Assembly: GCA_021816845.1 (NCBI GenBank)
Contig: JAKAWT010000001.1
Span: 262,087 to 326,086, forward strand
Length of the DNA stretch: 64,000 nucleotides
Direction of reading: 5' to 3'
DNA from: a bacterium
GTDB lineage: Bacteria > Patescibacteriota > Dojkabacteria > JAKAPS01 > JAJZLI01
Shown: positions 63,635 to 64,000 of the stretch, piece by piece
How positions within the stretch are numbered: position 1 is the first letter of the stretch
Layout of the letters: each line of letters opens with the position of its first letter
Program-made: the position numbers and the translations under genes
The notes under the pieces: generated by a model
Told to the model about the DNA's origin: nothing
The model's input: the letters and a program-made list of their open reading frames with translations, nothing else
The model's database searches: none

Positions 63635-64000
63635 ATGAATATTAATTTAACACTAATAAAAAAGAATGCAAGATATATAATACTTATAGTAGGATTAATC
63701 TTAATTATATTTTTAATTTTTATTCTGTCACGACCAAGTAGTTCTAATAAAGTTATTCCTATTGGCGTCCCTATTGTTAATAAGAATAATTTTAATCCTA
63801 AAGCTCTAAATTATAATTCTACGAATTTCAGTATTAAATATGTTCCACAAAATCAAGCCTTTGGTAACTTAAAAGGAAATACAGTTTATATTCATATAAA
63901 GAATATAGATTTTGCAAATCCTTCAGGGGTTATCGCGCAAGAAGATAAATATGTTGCTCAAGCTAAAGCGATACTCCTTAAATATGGAATAAATCCTAAT
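63635..64000 (+). CDS. Signal-anchored hypothetical protein, 3'-truncated by the window edge
   Basis: ATG at 63635 with an open frame to position 64000. N-terminal TM (YIILIVGLILIIFLIFIL). Not present in the ORF track because no stop is reached. Confidence 0.4.
   Translation, partial: MNINLTLIKKNARYIILIVGLILIIFLIFILSRPSSSNKVIPIGVPIVNKNNFNPKALNYNSTNFSIKYVPQNQAFGNLKGNTVYIHIKNIDFANPSGVIAQEDKYVAQAKAILLKYGINPN

Noticed and set aside
1-64000. Alternative genetic code (UGA recoding, as in Gracilibacteria/Absconditabacteria), considered because of the low GC and CPR-like gene content
   Set aside because: Standard-code translation gives long uninterrupted ORFs, including one of 1571 aa. TGA is used as a terminator, for example at 513-515 after the sortase gene. 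Code 11 is therefore appropriate.
1-64000. Integrase, transposase, relaxase, VirD4 or other mobile-element hallmarks that would define an ICE or prophage
   Set aside because: No ORF in the window shows tyrosine/serine recombinase, DDE transposase, MOB relaxase or TraG/VirD4 motifs, so no mobile_element feature was called.

Overview
This is a strongly AT-rich bacterial chromosome segment that uses the standard genetic code: TGA serves as a stop (for example at the end of the sortase gene) and long ORFs are uninterrupted. It spans the replication-origin neighbourhood, with rpmH-rnpA-yidC at about 29.7-31.1 kb and dnaN-[AT-rich oriC candidate with DnaA boxes]-dnaA at about 46.5-49.4 kb. The gene content resembles an ultra-small Candidate Phyla Radiation / Patescibacteria-type cell: a short-form YidC, a short HrcA, a pentose-phosphate/glycolysis shunt cluster (rpiB, rpe, zwf, pgi, tal, gnd), many N-terminally anchored low-complexity proteins, and an extensive type IV pilus apparatus (pilB, pilC, several minor-pilin-like genes, a PilM-PilN fusion, a PilO-like gene, and two major-pilin-like genes next to dnaA). 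This taxonomic placement is an inference from gene content, not a database result. Housekeeping loci include the hrcA-grpE-dnaK operon with a CIRCE-like operator, galU, rsmA, trxA, trmD and an MraY/WecA-family transferase. The accessory content is the most interesting part. (1) There are two adjacent, paralogous, minimal Gram-positive-type type IV secretion-like modules, at 0.6-4.4 kb and 7.0-11.8 kb. Each has a VirB4-family ATPase, a conserved upstream partner and a VirB3-like membrane protein; module A additionally has VirB6-like and VirB2-like genes. They flank an AbiEi/AbiEii toxin-antitoxin pair that has an autoregulatory palindromic promoter. (2) A third module at 52-63.6 kb has a second VirB6/TrbL-like paralog, a 1571-aa multi-pass giant membrane protein, an NlpC/P60 hydrolase and an SLT-like protein. 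No VirD4, relaxase or VirB11 gene is present in the window, which argues for a non-conjugative contact/secretion or DNA-uptake machine. (3) A 15-bp palindromic in-frame minisatellite family (core GGATCTAGATCC) is inserted as 2-6 tandem units in four unrelated genes: the VirB4-A gene, its partner gene, the module-B membrane protein and grpE. It encodes GS-linker-like peptides in one frame and DLDP/KDLNP peptides in the other. No rRNA, tRNA, CRISPR array, transposase or integrase is recognisable.
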